A stretch of DNA of 58,977 nt, filler included. It is 6 parts of 6 records of this genome, joined end to end, with 100 filler letters (N's around TTAATTAATTAA, not from the genome) between each part and the next. Parts side by side here need not be neighbours in the genome. Positions count along the whole stretch, not along the records: positions 13,418 to 31,797 come from SRR31156797_30833; 5 more parts are not named here. The stretch is one strand, 5' to 3'. Below, piece after piece: positions 19,262 through 28,454 of the stretch. Below the pieces are notes generated by a model. That model was not told where the DNA came from. It ran no database searches and worked only from the letters and a program-made list of their open reading frames with translations. Numbering within the stretch: the stretch's first letter is position 1; each line of letters begins with the position of its first letter. Both the position numbers and the translations under genes were made by a program.

Positions 19262-19310
19262 AATCGTTTCAAACCTCTATGTTATATTATTCAGACAGCA
19301 GACTTTGAAC

Positions 19311-20588
19311 TTACGCTGCCTTTTCAACCGACTTTGCAAGGCTCTTCTTGTACTTGAAGGTCAGCAATGCACTGATGACACCAACAACAGTCATTACGAT
19401 GTCGTATGTGAAGATCATGGTGTATGCTTCGTTGCCATAGGTATCGATCCAGTTACCAAAGAGAATGAACTGGAAGAGGTCGGGGGAATAACCAATGGCA
19501 CAGACAATACCGCCGGTGATGGCTGCGTACTTCAAGGGAATCTGAACCTCGGAAGGAACAGCGAACATGGCACCACGAGCGGTGAACACGAAGGAGCTCA
19601 AAAGCAACATCAAAGTGATGGCGATGCCGATGGCGGTGTGTTCAGGTAGGAACATGATGGTCAGGATCACGCCGATACATGCGAGCCAGGAGAAAAGAAG
19701 AACCTTGGTCACAGAGTTCATCTTGTCGCCAAGATATCCACCGACCGGGCACAGGAAGAACCTGAGGCCGTATGTTCTGATAATGGCCAGTCCGCCGGAA
19801 AAGACCACGGAAACGCCGAGAACATTGGTGAAATAAGGCGTGAAGTAGGACAAAGAGCAGTACAGAGTATAAGTAGAGAAAACAGCAATACCGGCAAACC
19901 ATGTGCCAGGGCACTTCAAGACAATGAAGAAATCCTTGAGAGTGATCTTGTCGGAACTCTTGCTTGCAGCAACTTCAGTTTTTTCTTCTTTTTTGGGATC
20001 TTCGATAAGGTAGTACAGGATGGCGGTAGTAATGACACCACACACGGAGAAGAAGATCAGAACGGCCTTGAAACCAAAGATTTCGTTGGCGTATTTGGCG
20101 AAAACAGCCAAAGCGATAGCGTTCACAATGGTGCTGCCGATACCAGCGAAGGATTCGGCAAAACCAAAGACTTTACCCTGCTTGGACTCGTCAACCAACG
20201 AACGAACGATCTTGATATGTGCCGGGAAAAGCAGAAACAGTCCGGTTACTGCCAGGCCCGCAAATACAAAGATCGAAAAGCCATAGTTGAGATTGAAGGC
20301 CCACAGGAGAGACAACATGGACGTTCCAAACAAACCGGCGAGATATACCAGCTTATGGTTGTACTTGTCTGAAATGATACCGCCAATGGGTGCACCAGCA
20401 ATGTTACCGATGCCGAAAATGGCTACAAGAGTACCGAGTTGAGCGTTGGTCGCATTCAGAGCGTGCATGGTGGTATCATAAAATACGTACTGGACGAACG
20501 GAACTGCGTAAGTGATGGCATACCCCATGCCAATGAAAAAGAGGATGACAAATGTTTTTACATTAAATCCTTTACTTTCCTGCATCAA
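19311..20588 (-). CDS. MFS transporter (YihN/YqcE-like)
   Basis: About 12 hydrophobic segments, GGIISDKYNHK and GGYLGDKMNS loop motifs. Confidence 0.85.
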   Translation of the reverse strand: MMQESKGFNVKTFVILFFIGMGYAITYAVPFVQYVFYDTTMHALNATNAQLGTLVAIFGIGNIAGAPIGGIISDKYNHKLVYLAGLFGTSMLSLLWAFNLNYGFSIFVFAGLAVTGLFLLFPAHIKIVRSLVDESKQGKVFGFAESFAGIGSTIVNAIALAVFAKYANEIFGFKAVLIFFSVCGVITTAILYYLIEDPKKEEKTEVAASKSSDKITLKDFFIVLKCPGTWFAGIAVFSTYTLYCSLSYFTPYFTNVLGVSVVFSGGLAIIRTYGLRFFLCPVGGYLGDKMNSVTKVLLFSWLACIGVILTIMFLPEHTAIGIAITLMLLLSSFVFTARGAMFAVPSEVQIPLKYAAITGGIVCAIGYSPDLFQFILFGNWIDTYGNEAYTMIFTYDIVMTVVGVISALLTFKYKKSLAKSVEKAA

Positions 20589-20618
20589 TTTCTCCTCAAG
20601 TTAAAGAATGAACTACAG

Positions 20619-21515
20619 CTAGGACTGAGCCAGGAGGCAGGCGAGAGCTATGGAATTGATCTTCACCTCTGCGGTATCGGAACGAGATCCGAGCACCACA
20701 GGATGAGTCGTTCCAAGCACAACCCCTGCCCATTTCGCATTGCTGAGAGTCAACCAGGATTTGCCAAGCGCATTCCCGGTCTCAATGTTAGGTGCGAGAA
20801 TCAAATCGACCTCGCCGCTGACTTTGCTGTCGATACCTTTGTGCTCTGCCGCGTGCCGATCAAAAGCCACATCAAAAGCGATCGGGCCTTCAATGACACA
20901 ACTCGGAATTTCCCCCTTTTCTGCCAGTTTCACGAGCATATCGGCATCAACTGAAGCCTGGATTTTTGGATGAACGGTTTCACTTGCTGTCAGTGCAGCC
21001 ACGTTGGGACAATCCATGCCAAGGCGCTTCATGGCCCCAAGGGCATTGACGAGAATTGCCTGCTTCTGCTCCACGTCGGGAGCAGTGTTTATCCCGCTGT
21101 CACTACAATAAATCAGCTTGTGATATTCTTTGAGATCGTAGACGGCCAAGGCACTGATAAGGCTCCCGTTTCGCAGCCCTGTCTCCCTGTTCAGGATCGC
21201 ACGCATGTATGTGGCAGTGTTGATAATGCCCTTCATGAGTACGTCAGCCTGACCAGATTTAACGATTTCAACGGCAACAGCCGCGCACTCGTCAACGTCA
21301 TCACATGCGACCAATTCGAAATCGGTCAATCCGACTTCAGCAGCCAAATCACGAACTATTTTTTCATTGCCAACCAGAACCGGACGCATGAATCCCATGT
21401 CCACGGCCAGTTTGACGGCATGCAGCAATTCTCCGTCTTGGGCAGCGGCAACACACACCTTGTATTGTCTGCCAGACTTGGCTTTTTCTATTAATTCATT
21501 AAAATCTTTCAACAC
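20619..21515 (-). CDS. ptb: Phosphate acyltransferase (phosphate butyryltransferase family)
   Basis: ADVLMKG, DSGINTAP, EGPIAFDVA, PNIETGNALGK, SRSD. Confidence 0.9.
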   Translation of the reverse strand: MLKDFNELIEKAKSGRQYKVCVAAAQDGELLHAVKLAVDMGFMRPVLVGNEKIVRDLAAEVGLTDFELVACDDVDECAAVAVEIVKSGQADVLMKGIINTATYMRAILNRETGLRNGSLISALAVYDLKEYHKLIYCSDSGINTAPDVEQKQAILVNALGAMKRLGMDCPNVAALTASETVHPKIQASVDADMLVKLAEKGEIPSCVIEGPIAFDVAFDRHAAEHKGIDSKVSGEVDLILAPNIETGNALGKSWLTLSNAKWAGVVLGTTHPVVLGSRSDTAEVKINSIALACLLAQS

Positions 21516-21536
21516 AACTGATTCTCCACTTACATA

Positions 21537-22595
21537 TTAATATGTTTGTACTTCTTCGGTTCCGCTCATGACGCGGAGTGCACCAAGAGTCAGTGCCGTC
21601 ATTTCCTTTTCACCGGCAATGACCTCAAACTGTCCCAGATAGCCGACCCGTTCCCTGAGTTTCTCAACAATCAAGTCCGAATGGGCGATGCCACCAGTGA
21701 TAATGATACGGTCAACGTCACCGCTCAGTGACGCACCATACGCAGCGATTTCCTTGGCAGTCTGATAAATAAAAGAATCCAGTACTTTCACGACCTTTTC
21801 TTCCTTGGCCAAGTACCTGTTTTCAATGTCCATCATGTCCTTGGTGCCGAGGTAATCGAACATGCCCGCCTTGGTGCTGATCTTGCTCACCATTTCTTTC
21901 TGGGTATATTTTCCGCTGTAGCAAAGTTCGACCAACGGGAAGCTCGGCAGACCGCCGCAACGTTCGGGAGAAAACGGACCGTCGCAGCGACCTCCGCTTC
22001 CATCAATCATGCATCCCTTGAGGTGTGCAGCGATGGAAATTCCTGACCCCAAATGCGCAACGATAAAATTGAAATCCTGATATTTCCCGTTGAGACGCTC
22101 GGCAGTTTCACGACAAACAGCCTTCTGATTAAGTGCATGCATCCAACTGGAGCGTTCAAGATCGGAAATCCCGGAAATCTTAGCGATATCGAGGAATTCA
22201 TCCACAGACACGGGGTCAACGATAAATGCAGGGACATCAATGGAATCGGCGATATCCTTAGCAATGACAGGCCCGAGATTCGAAGGATGTTCACCATTTA
22301 TGGCGTTACGCAGATCTTCGATCATGGCGTCATTCACTTCATACGTGCCGCCTTCGACCGGTTTGAGCAGTCCACCGCGTCCGACAACGCAATCAAAATC
22401 TTCGATCTGGTAATCATTCGCCCGAAGTCTTTCGACGATGACGTCCTTGCGGTAGCGAAATTGATCAAACACGGAGTCAAAATCGTGCAACTCCGACTCC
22501 TGATGCATGACGTTCTCGCTGAAAAGCTCTTCTTCATTATTGAAGACAGCGATTTTGGTGGACGTTCCACCGGGGTTGATAGCAAGTATCTTCAC
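21537..22595 (-). CDS. buk: Butyrate kinase family carboxylate kinase
   Basis: INPGGTSTKIA, GRGGLLKP, HALNQKA, HLGSGIS, GPFSPER, TGGIAHS. Confidence 0.92.
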   Translation of the reverse strand: MKILAINPGGTSTKIAVFNNEEELFSENVMHQESELHDFDSVFDQFRYRKDVIVERLRANDYQIEDFDCVVGRGGLLKPVEGGTYEVNDAMIEDLRNAINGEHPSNLGPVIAKDIADSIDVPAFIVDPVSVDEFLDIAKISGISDLERSSWMHALNQKAVCRETAERLNGKYQDFNFIVAHLGSGISIAAHLKGCMIDGSGGRCDGPFSPERCGGLPSFPLVELCYSGKYTQKEMVSKISTKAGMFDYLGTKDMMDIENRYLAKEEKVVKVLDSFIYQTAKEIAAYGASLSGDVDRIIITGGIAHSDLIVEKLRERVGYLGQFEVIAGEKEMTALTLGALRVMSGTEEVQTY

Positions 22596-22619
22596 AATTA
22601 ATTCTCTTCGATGTTTCAG

Positions 22620-23396
22620 TTATTTGATACGACTTGATGTCTGAACCAATTCCGTTATTTCACTCGCAACCTGCTTCAATCTGGTTACGACATTTTCAAT
22701 ATTGATATGCTGGATGCGCTGGGAAGGACCGGACACACTCATGGCTGCAATGGCTTCCCCTTTCTTGTTGAAAACAGGGACACCAACGCAGATGAGGCCG
22801 ACTTCCTGCTCTTCATTGTCCAAGGAATATCCATCGCGTTTGACCTTCGCCAATTCCGCAACCAATTCGTCGTAGCTGGCAATGGTATTCGGTGAATATT
22901 TCTTGAATTCATACTTTTTCAAAATCTCGTCGGAAATATCCGAAGAGAATGCGAGCAGGCTCTTGCCCACCGATGAACAATAACAATCATTTTTTGACCC
23001 AACTTGCGGGCTGACGGACAGAACGTTGTCGATGGCATCTTCCTTGACCACGACAACACTTTGATATGGCCCGGAAGTCGTTTTATCCAAAACTGACACG
23101 TTGACCGTTTCCTTGAACTCTTGATTCAACTCTTTGACGAACGGTACAAACACATCATAGAGCGTGATCTTGTTAGCCATGGAAAACAGGCTGACTCCCA
23201 ATGTGTACTTCCCGGTTTCCGGGTCCTGCTGCACGAAATGCCTGTCTTCCAATGTCGCCAAAGTACGGAACACTGTACTTTTGTAGATGCCCATATCCTT
23301 ACTGATGGTTGATATGCCCACCGGATCTTTTTGACTGTTTATATACAACAAGACATCCAACGCTCTTGCGACTGAACTGATAATATTATTAGACAC
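22620..23396 (-). CDS. IclR family transcriptional regulator
   Basis: SVARALDVL, KSTVFRTLATL HTH, CSSVGKSLLA, GYSLDNEE...CVGVPV. Confidence 0.95.
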   Translation of the reverse strand: MSNNIISSVARALDVLLYINSQKDPVGISTISKDMGIYKSTVFRTLATLEDRHFVQQDPETGKYTLGVSLFSMANKITLYDVFVPFVKELNQEFKETVNVSVLDKTTSGPYQSVVVVKEDAIDNVLSVSPQVGSKNDCYCSSVGKSLLAFSSDISDEILKKYEFKKYSPNTIASYDELVAELAKVKRDGYSLDNEEQEVGLICVGVPVFNKKGEAIAAMSVSGPSQRIQHINIENVVTRLKQVASEITELVQTSSRIK

Positions 23397-23425
23397 TTTT
23401 CTCTCTCCCCTTCATGACCTTTGAG

Positions 23426-24991
23426 TTACTGCAGAATATCGAGTTTCTTCTGCATCTGAATCAGCTTTATCAAGGAAAACGCTGATCCTATTATCACTAA
23501 TGTGATTGGTGCTCCACCAAGATACGTCAAAGTTTTCATCCCATCGAGGCCTGAAAAGACCAACATGATAAACGCGAGGGTTCCAATCATCACTCCCCAT
23601 GCGATCTTGAGAAATGGAGGTGCTTCCTGATTGGACTCAGAGAGATTCTTTGTCGTGAGAGAAGCCATAGCGTTGGTGGTTGAATCCGCAGCCGTGATAA
23701 AGGAAATGAACACAGCAAAAAGAAAAACAGGAATGATGAAGTTCGCCAAAGGCAGGTTTTCAAGCAAAACATACACAGCCTCATCAACACCTGTTGCAAT
23801 GTTTGCCTGCAAATTCACACCACCGACAATCTGCTGCCAAATTGCGGTACTGCTGAAAACCGAAGCATGAAGGAACACATAAACCATGGGGAAAAGGACA
23901 TTGACGGAAATGAACTCTCTGACTGTGTACCCTTTGGAAATTCGACCGAGGAACAATGCCGAGATCGGTGCCCATATCATGTAGTTCGCAAAAGAAAACA
24001 CTGTCCATTTCTGTGGCCATGAATCAACGCGGAACGAATCCGTAAACAGACACCGCTCAAAGAAATGTCCGACAAAGGAACCAAAAGATTCAACACTGAA
24101 GTCGAGTATAAAGACTGTAGGACCGACAATAAAAACAACAGCCATCAGGCCAAACAATAATTTGGCATTGAGTTCTGAAAGAATACGCATGCCTCTCAGC
24201 ACACCGCTAATGGAAGAAATAATACAGATGATCATGACAATGACGATGAGTATACCCCACGTCTGTGGCGCACTTTCAATGAACGGAAACATTCTTGAAA
24301 GCCCCCCGGACAACATAAGCACACCGGTCCCGAGGGACGTGCCCATACCCAATGCCAAAGCATAGAGGGAAACAATGTCCACGACTTTCCCCATACTCCC
24401 GTTTGCTCTCTCTCCCATAATTGGAAACAGGATAGACCCCAAGCTGAAGGGACGCTTAAGGTTGTAGTAGCAGATTGCAAACACCAATGCAGGCAATGCG
24501 TTGATTGAATAGGGAACCAATCCCCAGTTCATATACATGGAGGCGAGAGAAAAACGAGCAGAACCATAGGTGTTTGCGGCAAATCCGAGAGCCTGCGGAG
24601 GTGCGAGCATATCCTGAAGAGGTTCAACGATGGGCCAGAACAAGATATTAATAGCAATAGTAGTACATAACGTAATGGAAAACCATTGCCACTTATTCAA
24701 TACAGGTTTGGCTTTTTTACCACCAATAACAATGTTACCGAACTGGGAAAAGAATGCAACGCTGATAACTACTAAACAGAACAATCCCGTAATCGAGAAA
24801 AGCCAACTGAAATTTTTAAGGATAAACTTCTGACCAGTCGTAACGACGAGACCAAATGTATCTGGCATTATCAAACCAATAATCACAGAAAATGCAATAA
24901 GTGAAAATGGTGCCCAGAAAACTAAACTGTTCAATTCTTTGTGTGTATCAGTATCGCTAGAATATTTTGCTGATAGGCTCTTGGTACTCAA
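23426..24991 (-). CDS. BCCT family transporter, divergent substrate pocket
   Basis: LFWPIVEP, NWG, WAP..LFLGRISKGYTVREF, FITAADS; AGGAG before TTG start. Confidence 0.88.
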   Translation of the reverse strand: MSTKSLSAKYSSDTDTHKELNSLVFWAPFSLIAFSVIIGLIMPDTFGLVVTTGQKFILKNFSWLFSITGLFCLVVISVAFFSQFGNIVIGGKKAKPVLNKWQWFSITLCTTIAINILFWPIVEPLQDMLAPPQALGFAANTYGSARFSLASMYMNWGLVPYSINALPALVFAICYYNLKRPFSLGSILFPIMGERANGSMGKVVDIVSLYALALGMGTSLGTGVLMLSGGLSRMFPFIESAPQTWGILIVIVMIICIISSISGVLRGMRILSELNAKLLFGLMAVVFIVGPTVFILDFSVESFGSFVGHFFERCLFTDSFRVDSWPQKWTVFSFANYMIWAPISALFLGRISKGYTVREFISVNVLFPMVYVFLHASVFSSTAIWQQIVGGVNLQANIATGVDEAVYVLLENLPLANFIIPVFLFAVFISFITAADSTTNAMASLTTKNLSESNQEAPPFLKIAWGVMIGTLAFIMLVFSGLDGMKTLTYLGGAPITLVIIGSAFSLIKLIQMQKKLDILQ

Positions 24992-25125
24992 AATTATCTC
25001 CTTGAGTAATTTTGTTTCATTAAATTCAAATAATAAATCATTTTTTTATATCAGCTCTTCAGTTTATCCCCGTTTTGAAATTACTACAGAGATTTTTCAT
25101 CTATGCTCTATGGTTTTACATTGTG

Positions 25126-25144
25126 CGTTCTACTGTGTGGAACG
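25126..25144. promoter_or_regulatory. Palindrome upstream of BCCT gene, candidate IclR operator
   Basis: CGTTCTAC-TGT-GTGGAACG (8-bp arms, 1 mismatch) about 135 nt upstream of the operon start. Confidence 0.45.
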
Positions 25145-25641
25145 ACGTTCTATCTTTCGACGCCTTTGCAATGCACCATGTCGAAAACTTAGTCAACCAG
25201 ATTTGTAAAAATAGTTGAGTCAAAACTGATATGATCAAAAAAAACATGAGAAGGGGTAACGCGACATAAAATATAATTCCAAGCTGTTAGCTCTGGATTC
25301 ATTCAATCGAGCAAAGTGAAACAGCACAATAAAAAAACTTTACTCGTCAGTTATACGACCCAAACCACATGATGAATACGGAGGTTCCCAAGATAACTAA
25401 TACCAAAAAAAGGGCGATAAAAAGACTCAACGCGCCCCGACAAGGAACAACACATAGGGAGAACGCCCTTTCATCTCAAAGGACACGCCAAATAAATAAT
25501 CAAATAAAACAGCTTACTAAACCAGTAAGCGTACTTATTTATTCCTATAAAATCATATTTCTATTGTCTGTCACGACTCACAAAGCAAGAGGGCTTGCCT
25601 TTTATGACATTCTCAAATATCAATAAATCTAGATATAAGGA

Positions 25642-25800
25642 TTTGGCGAGAAACGGAAAGCGGTGAAAAGCCGCTGCGGACGCGCCGCTGTAACCGGCAA
25701 TACCCGTTGAAAACCACCTTTATGGGGAAGGGATTCAACACAATGGGACCGGAAGCCAGAAGACGTCTTGCCAAAGAGCGAACGACCTCGCGACCAGGTT
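25642..25800 (+). ncRNA. Cobalamin riboswitch upstream of metE
   Basis: GGAAAGCGGTGAAAAGCCGC, CCGCTGTAA, CCAC...GGGAAGG, B12 box AAGCCAGAAGAC; closing stem TTTGGCGAGA/TCTTGCCAAA; precedes the B12-independent methionine synthase. Confidence 0.88.
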
Positions 25801-25912
25801 GGTGATGCAGATATTCATACGACACGGGATCATATCATCCGGTGTGTCATGCTCTGTTGCCAACAAACCGAGGCTCGCGCTCTTCGTCTTTCACCCGAAA
25901 CATGGAGTAGAC

Positions 25913-28189
25913 ATGAACGCGCACGTATTGGGTTTTCCCAGAATGGGGATTAACCGCGAATTAAAATGGGCACTCGAAAAATTCTGGCGAGGGGAAACAA
26001 CAGAAACCGCACTCGTTTCCACAGCCGAAGGACTCAAGCAACGCCACTGGAATCTTCAGGCCTCGTCAGGAATGGACCTGCTGCCAGTCGGCGACTTTTC
26101 TTTATACGACCATATTCTGGACACTATCGCCATGCTCGGAGCAGTCCCTCAACGGTTCCAGCATGACGGGAATACAATCGACCGCAAAACATATTTCCAT
26201 ATGGCCAGGGGCAATGTCGAAAAAAGCATTCCGGCCATGGAAATGACCAAATGGTTTGATTCCAACTATCATTATATTGTCCCGGAACTCAGCCCAAACA
26301 TGTCCTTCAAAAAGGACAACTCTCAACTACTGGCAGATATAAAAACGGTTAAAGAACTCGGACACTCGCCAAAACCAGTCCTTGTCGGCCCGCTCACCTT
26401 TCTCCTGCTTGCAAAAGAGACTGATGGTTGCAACCGGTGGGACCACCTTGAACGCATGACTGATGTCTATTGCGAAGTCATCACGGAAATCGCCGCACAT
26501 TGTTCATGGATTCAAATTGATGAGCCGATCCTGTGCACCGACCTTCCAGCCGAAGCCAAAACAGCATTCCAGTCCGTATATTCCAAACTGCGCACAGTCA
26601 CCAACAGCACACGAGTGCTGCTCACAACCTACTTTGGCGATCTCGGTGACAATCTGGATCTGGCCTTGTCTCTGCCGGTTGATGGTATCCACATTGATTT
26701 GATTCGTGGACCGAACCAATTGGATGAAGTTCTGTCCAAGCTACCCGCCCATTTTACTCTCTCACTGGGGCTCGTGGATGGAAGGAACATATGGAAAACA
26801 GATCTTGAAGCTGCAGCACGACAAGTGAATATCGTTCGCCAAAAGGTCAAAGCCACTCATATCATGGTTGGCTCCAGCTGCTCACTCCTCCACTCTCCCG
26901 TGGATATCTCTGCAGAAGAGAATCTACCCCCTACACTTAAACAGTGGATGGCTTTTGCCGCTCAGAAATGCGAGGAAATTGCCGCTCTAAAACACGCTGC
27001 AACAACTGCCGAAAAGCCCCCGTTATTCGCCGAGAACAAAACCGCATTGCTTGCCCGGGCAGCTCATCCCGAGGTTATTGACCTTCAAACTCGCGAAAGA
27101 GTGCAGGCTATCACACCCGAAATGTTCAACCGTAATTCCCCCTTCACGGAACGCATTGCCATTCAACGTAATCGACTCAAGCTCCCGCTCTTCCCGACCA
27201 CGACAATCGGTTCATATCCCCAGACAGCCGAGATACGAAAAGCCCGCCTTGAATACAAAAAAGGTACTCTTTCCGAAACCAAATACATTGAAACAATGCA
27301 AGGGCATATACGAGAGGTTGTCGATCATCAGGAAGAATTGAAGCTTGATATTCTCGTGCATGGAGAACCGGAAAGAAACGATATGGTTGAATACTTCGGC
27401 CAACAACTCAAAGGATTCTGCTTCACTTCCAACGGGTGGGTCCAAAGTTACGGCAGTCGGTGCGTCAAGCCGCCGATCATATACGGAGACATTTCCCGTC
27501 CCGAAAAAATGACCGTGGATTGGGCGGTCTATGCGCAAAGCCTGACGAAGAAACCCATGAAAGGCATGTTAACTGGCCCGGTGACCATTTTGTGCTGGAG
27601 TTTTGTCCGTAATGACATGCCCCGAAGCGAAGTTTGCCGCCAGATTGCGCTGGCAATTCGCGATGAAGCTGTGGACCTCGAAACGGCTGGGATCGACGTC
27701 ATTCAAATCGATGAAGCTGCTCTTCGTGAGGGCATGCCCATACGAAAAATCCAACAGGACGAATACCTGCGATGGGCCGTGGATTGTTTCAAATTGGCGT
27801 CCAGCGGCGTCAAGGATAGCACGCAACTGCACTCGCACATGTGTTACAGCGAATTCAACGTCATCATGAAATCCATTGCGGAAATGGATGCTGACGTCAT
27901 TAGCATTGAAGCAAGCCGTAGCGGCATGGAATTGCTCGACGCTTTCAACGCATACCAATATCCCGCTGAAATCGGTCCGGGTGTCTACGACATTCATAGC
28001 CCCAGAGTTCCCGGTGCAGACGAAATATACTGGCTCTTGCAAAAAGCTCTGAAAGTCATTCCCGCAGAACGTCTGTGGGTCAATCCCGATTGCGGCCTGA
28101 AGACTCGGGCATGGCCAGAAACTCTCGCCTCCCTAAGAAACATGGTCACAGCTACCATACGTTTAAGAAACGAACACACACAGCAATAA
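25913..28189 (+). CDS. metE: Cobalamin-independent methionine synthase
   Basis: LGFPRMG, EMTKWFDSNYHY, PTTTIGSYPQT, HGEPERNDMVEYF, HMCYSE, NPDCGLKTR; GGAG before ATG 25913. Confidence 0.97.
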   Translation: MNAHVLGFPRMGINRELKWALEKFWRGETTETALVSTAEGLKQRHWNLQASSGMDLLPVGDFSLYDHILDTIAMLGAVPQRFQHDGNTIDRKTYFHMARGNVEKSIPAMEMTKWFDSNYHYIVPELSPNMSFKKDNSQLLADIKTVKELGHSPKPVLVGPLTFLLLAKETDGCNRWDHLERMTDVYCEVITEIAAHCSWIQIDEPILCTDLPAEAKTAFQSVYSKLRTVTNSTRVLLTTYFGDLGDNLDLALSLPVDGIHIDLIRGPNQLDEVLSKLPAHFTLSLGLVDGRNIWKTDLEAAARQVNIVRQKVKATHIMVGSSCSLLHSPVDISAEENLPPTLKQWMAFAAQKCEEIAALKHAATTAEKPPLFAENKTALLARAAHPEVIDLQTRERVQAITPEMFNRNSPFTERIAIQRNRLKLPLFPTTTIGSYPQTAEIRKARLEYKKGTLSETKYIETMQGHIREVVDHQEELKLDILVHGEPERNDMVEYFGQQLKGFCFTSNGWVQSYGSRCVKPPIIYGDISRPEKMTVDWAVYAQSLTKKPMKGMLTGPVTILCWSFVRNDMPRSEVCRQIALAIRDEAVDLETAGIDVIQIDEAALREGMPIRKIQQDEYLRWAVDCFKLASSGVKDSTQLHSHMCYSEFNVIMKSIAEMDADVISIEASRSGMELLDAFNAYQYPAEIGPGVYDIHSPRVPGADEIYWLLQKALKVIPAERLWVNPDCGLKTRAWPETLASLRNMVTATIRLRNEHTQQ

Positions 28190-28195
28190 AACACG

Positions 28196-28241
28196 GAGAA
28201 TCCGCGCCTGAAAGTCATTCTCGGGCGCGGATTCTCATTTC
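28196..28241 (+). terminator. Terminator hairpin after metE
   Basis: GAGAATCCGCGCCTGA-loop-TCGGGCGCGGATTCTC-ATTTC. Confidence 0.75.
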
Positions 28242-28454
28242 CTATCCTTCTCCTCGCCCCTTCTCTCTCCAATTCTCACTCCTCGCAACATCACACATTG
28301 ACATCAATTTATGATATACCCAGAAAAACCTTTTTTTCTGATAGATAACAATAACTGGTCAGGCCACTATGAATCAATTTGCCAAGGAGTATGAGTGGCG
28401 TTTATAAGGACGGCGGTCTCATATTAAAAACAATTTAGATGACAAAGGAATAGA

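Noticed and set aside
25369-25626. 85-aa ORF and an AAAGGGCG...CGCCCTTT inverted repeat in the AT-rich gap
   Set aside because: No clear RBS or motifs; the repeat is short with a long loop, not enough to call an RNA or mobile end
24992-25640. Looked for a duplicated tRNA 3' end (attR) or integrase remnant bounding the catabolic cluster
   Set aside because: None found by eye, so no mobile element is annotated
25799-25912. 38-aa N-terminal extension of MetE in the ORF track
   Set aside because: Falls in the riboswitch expression platform; RBS and homology favour ATG 25913
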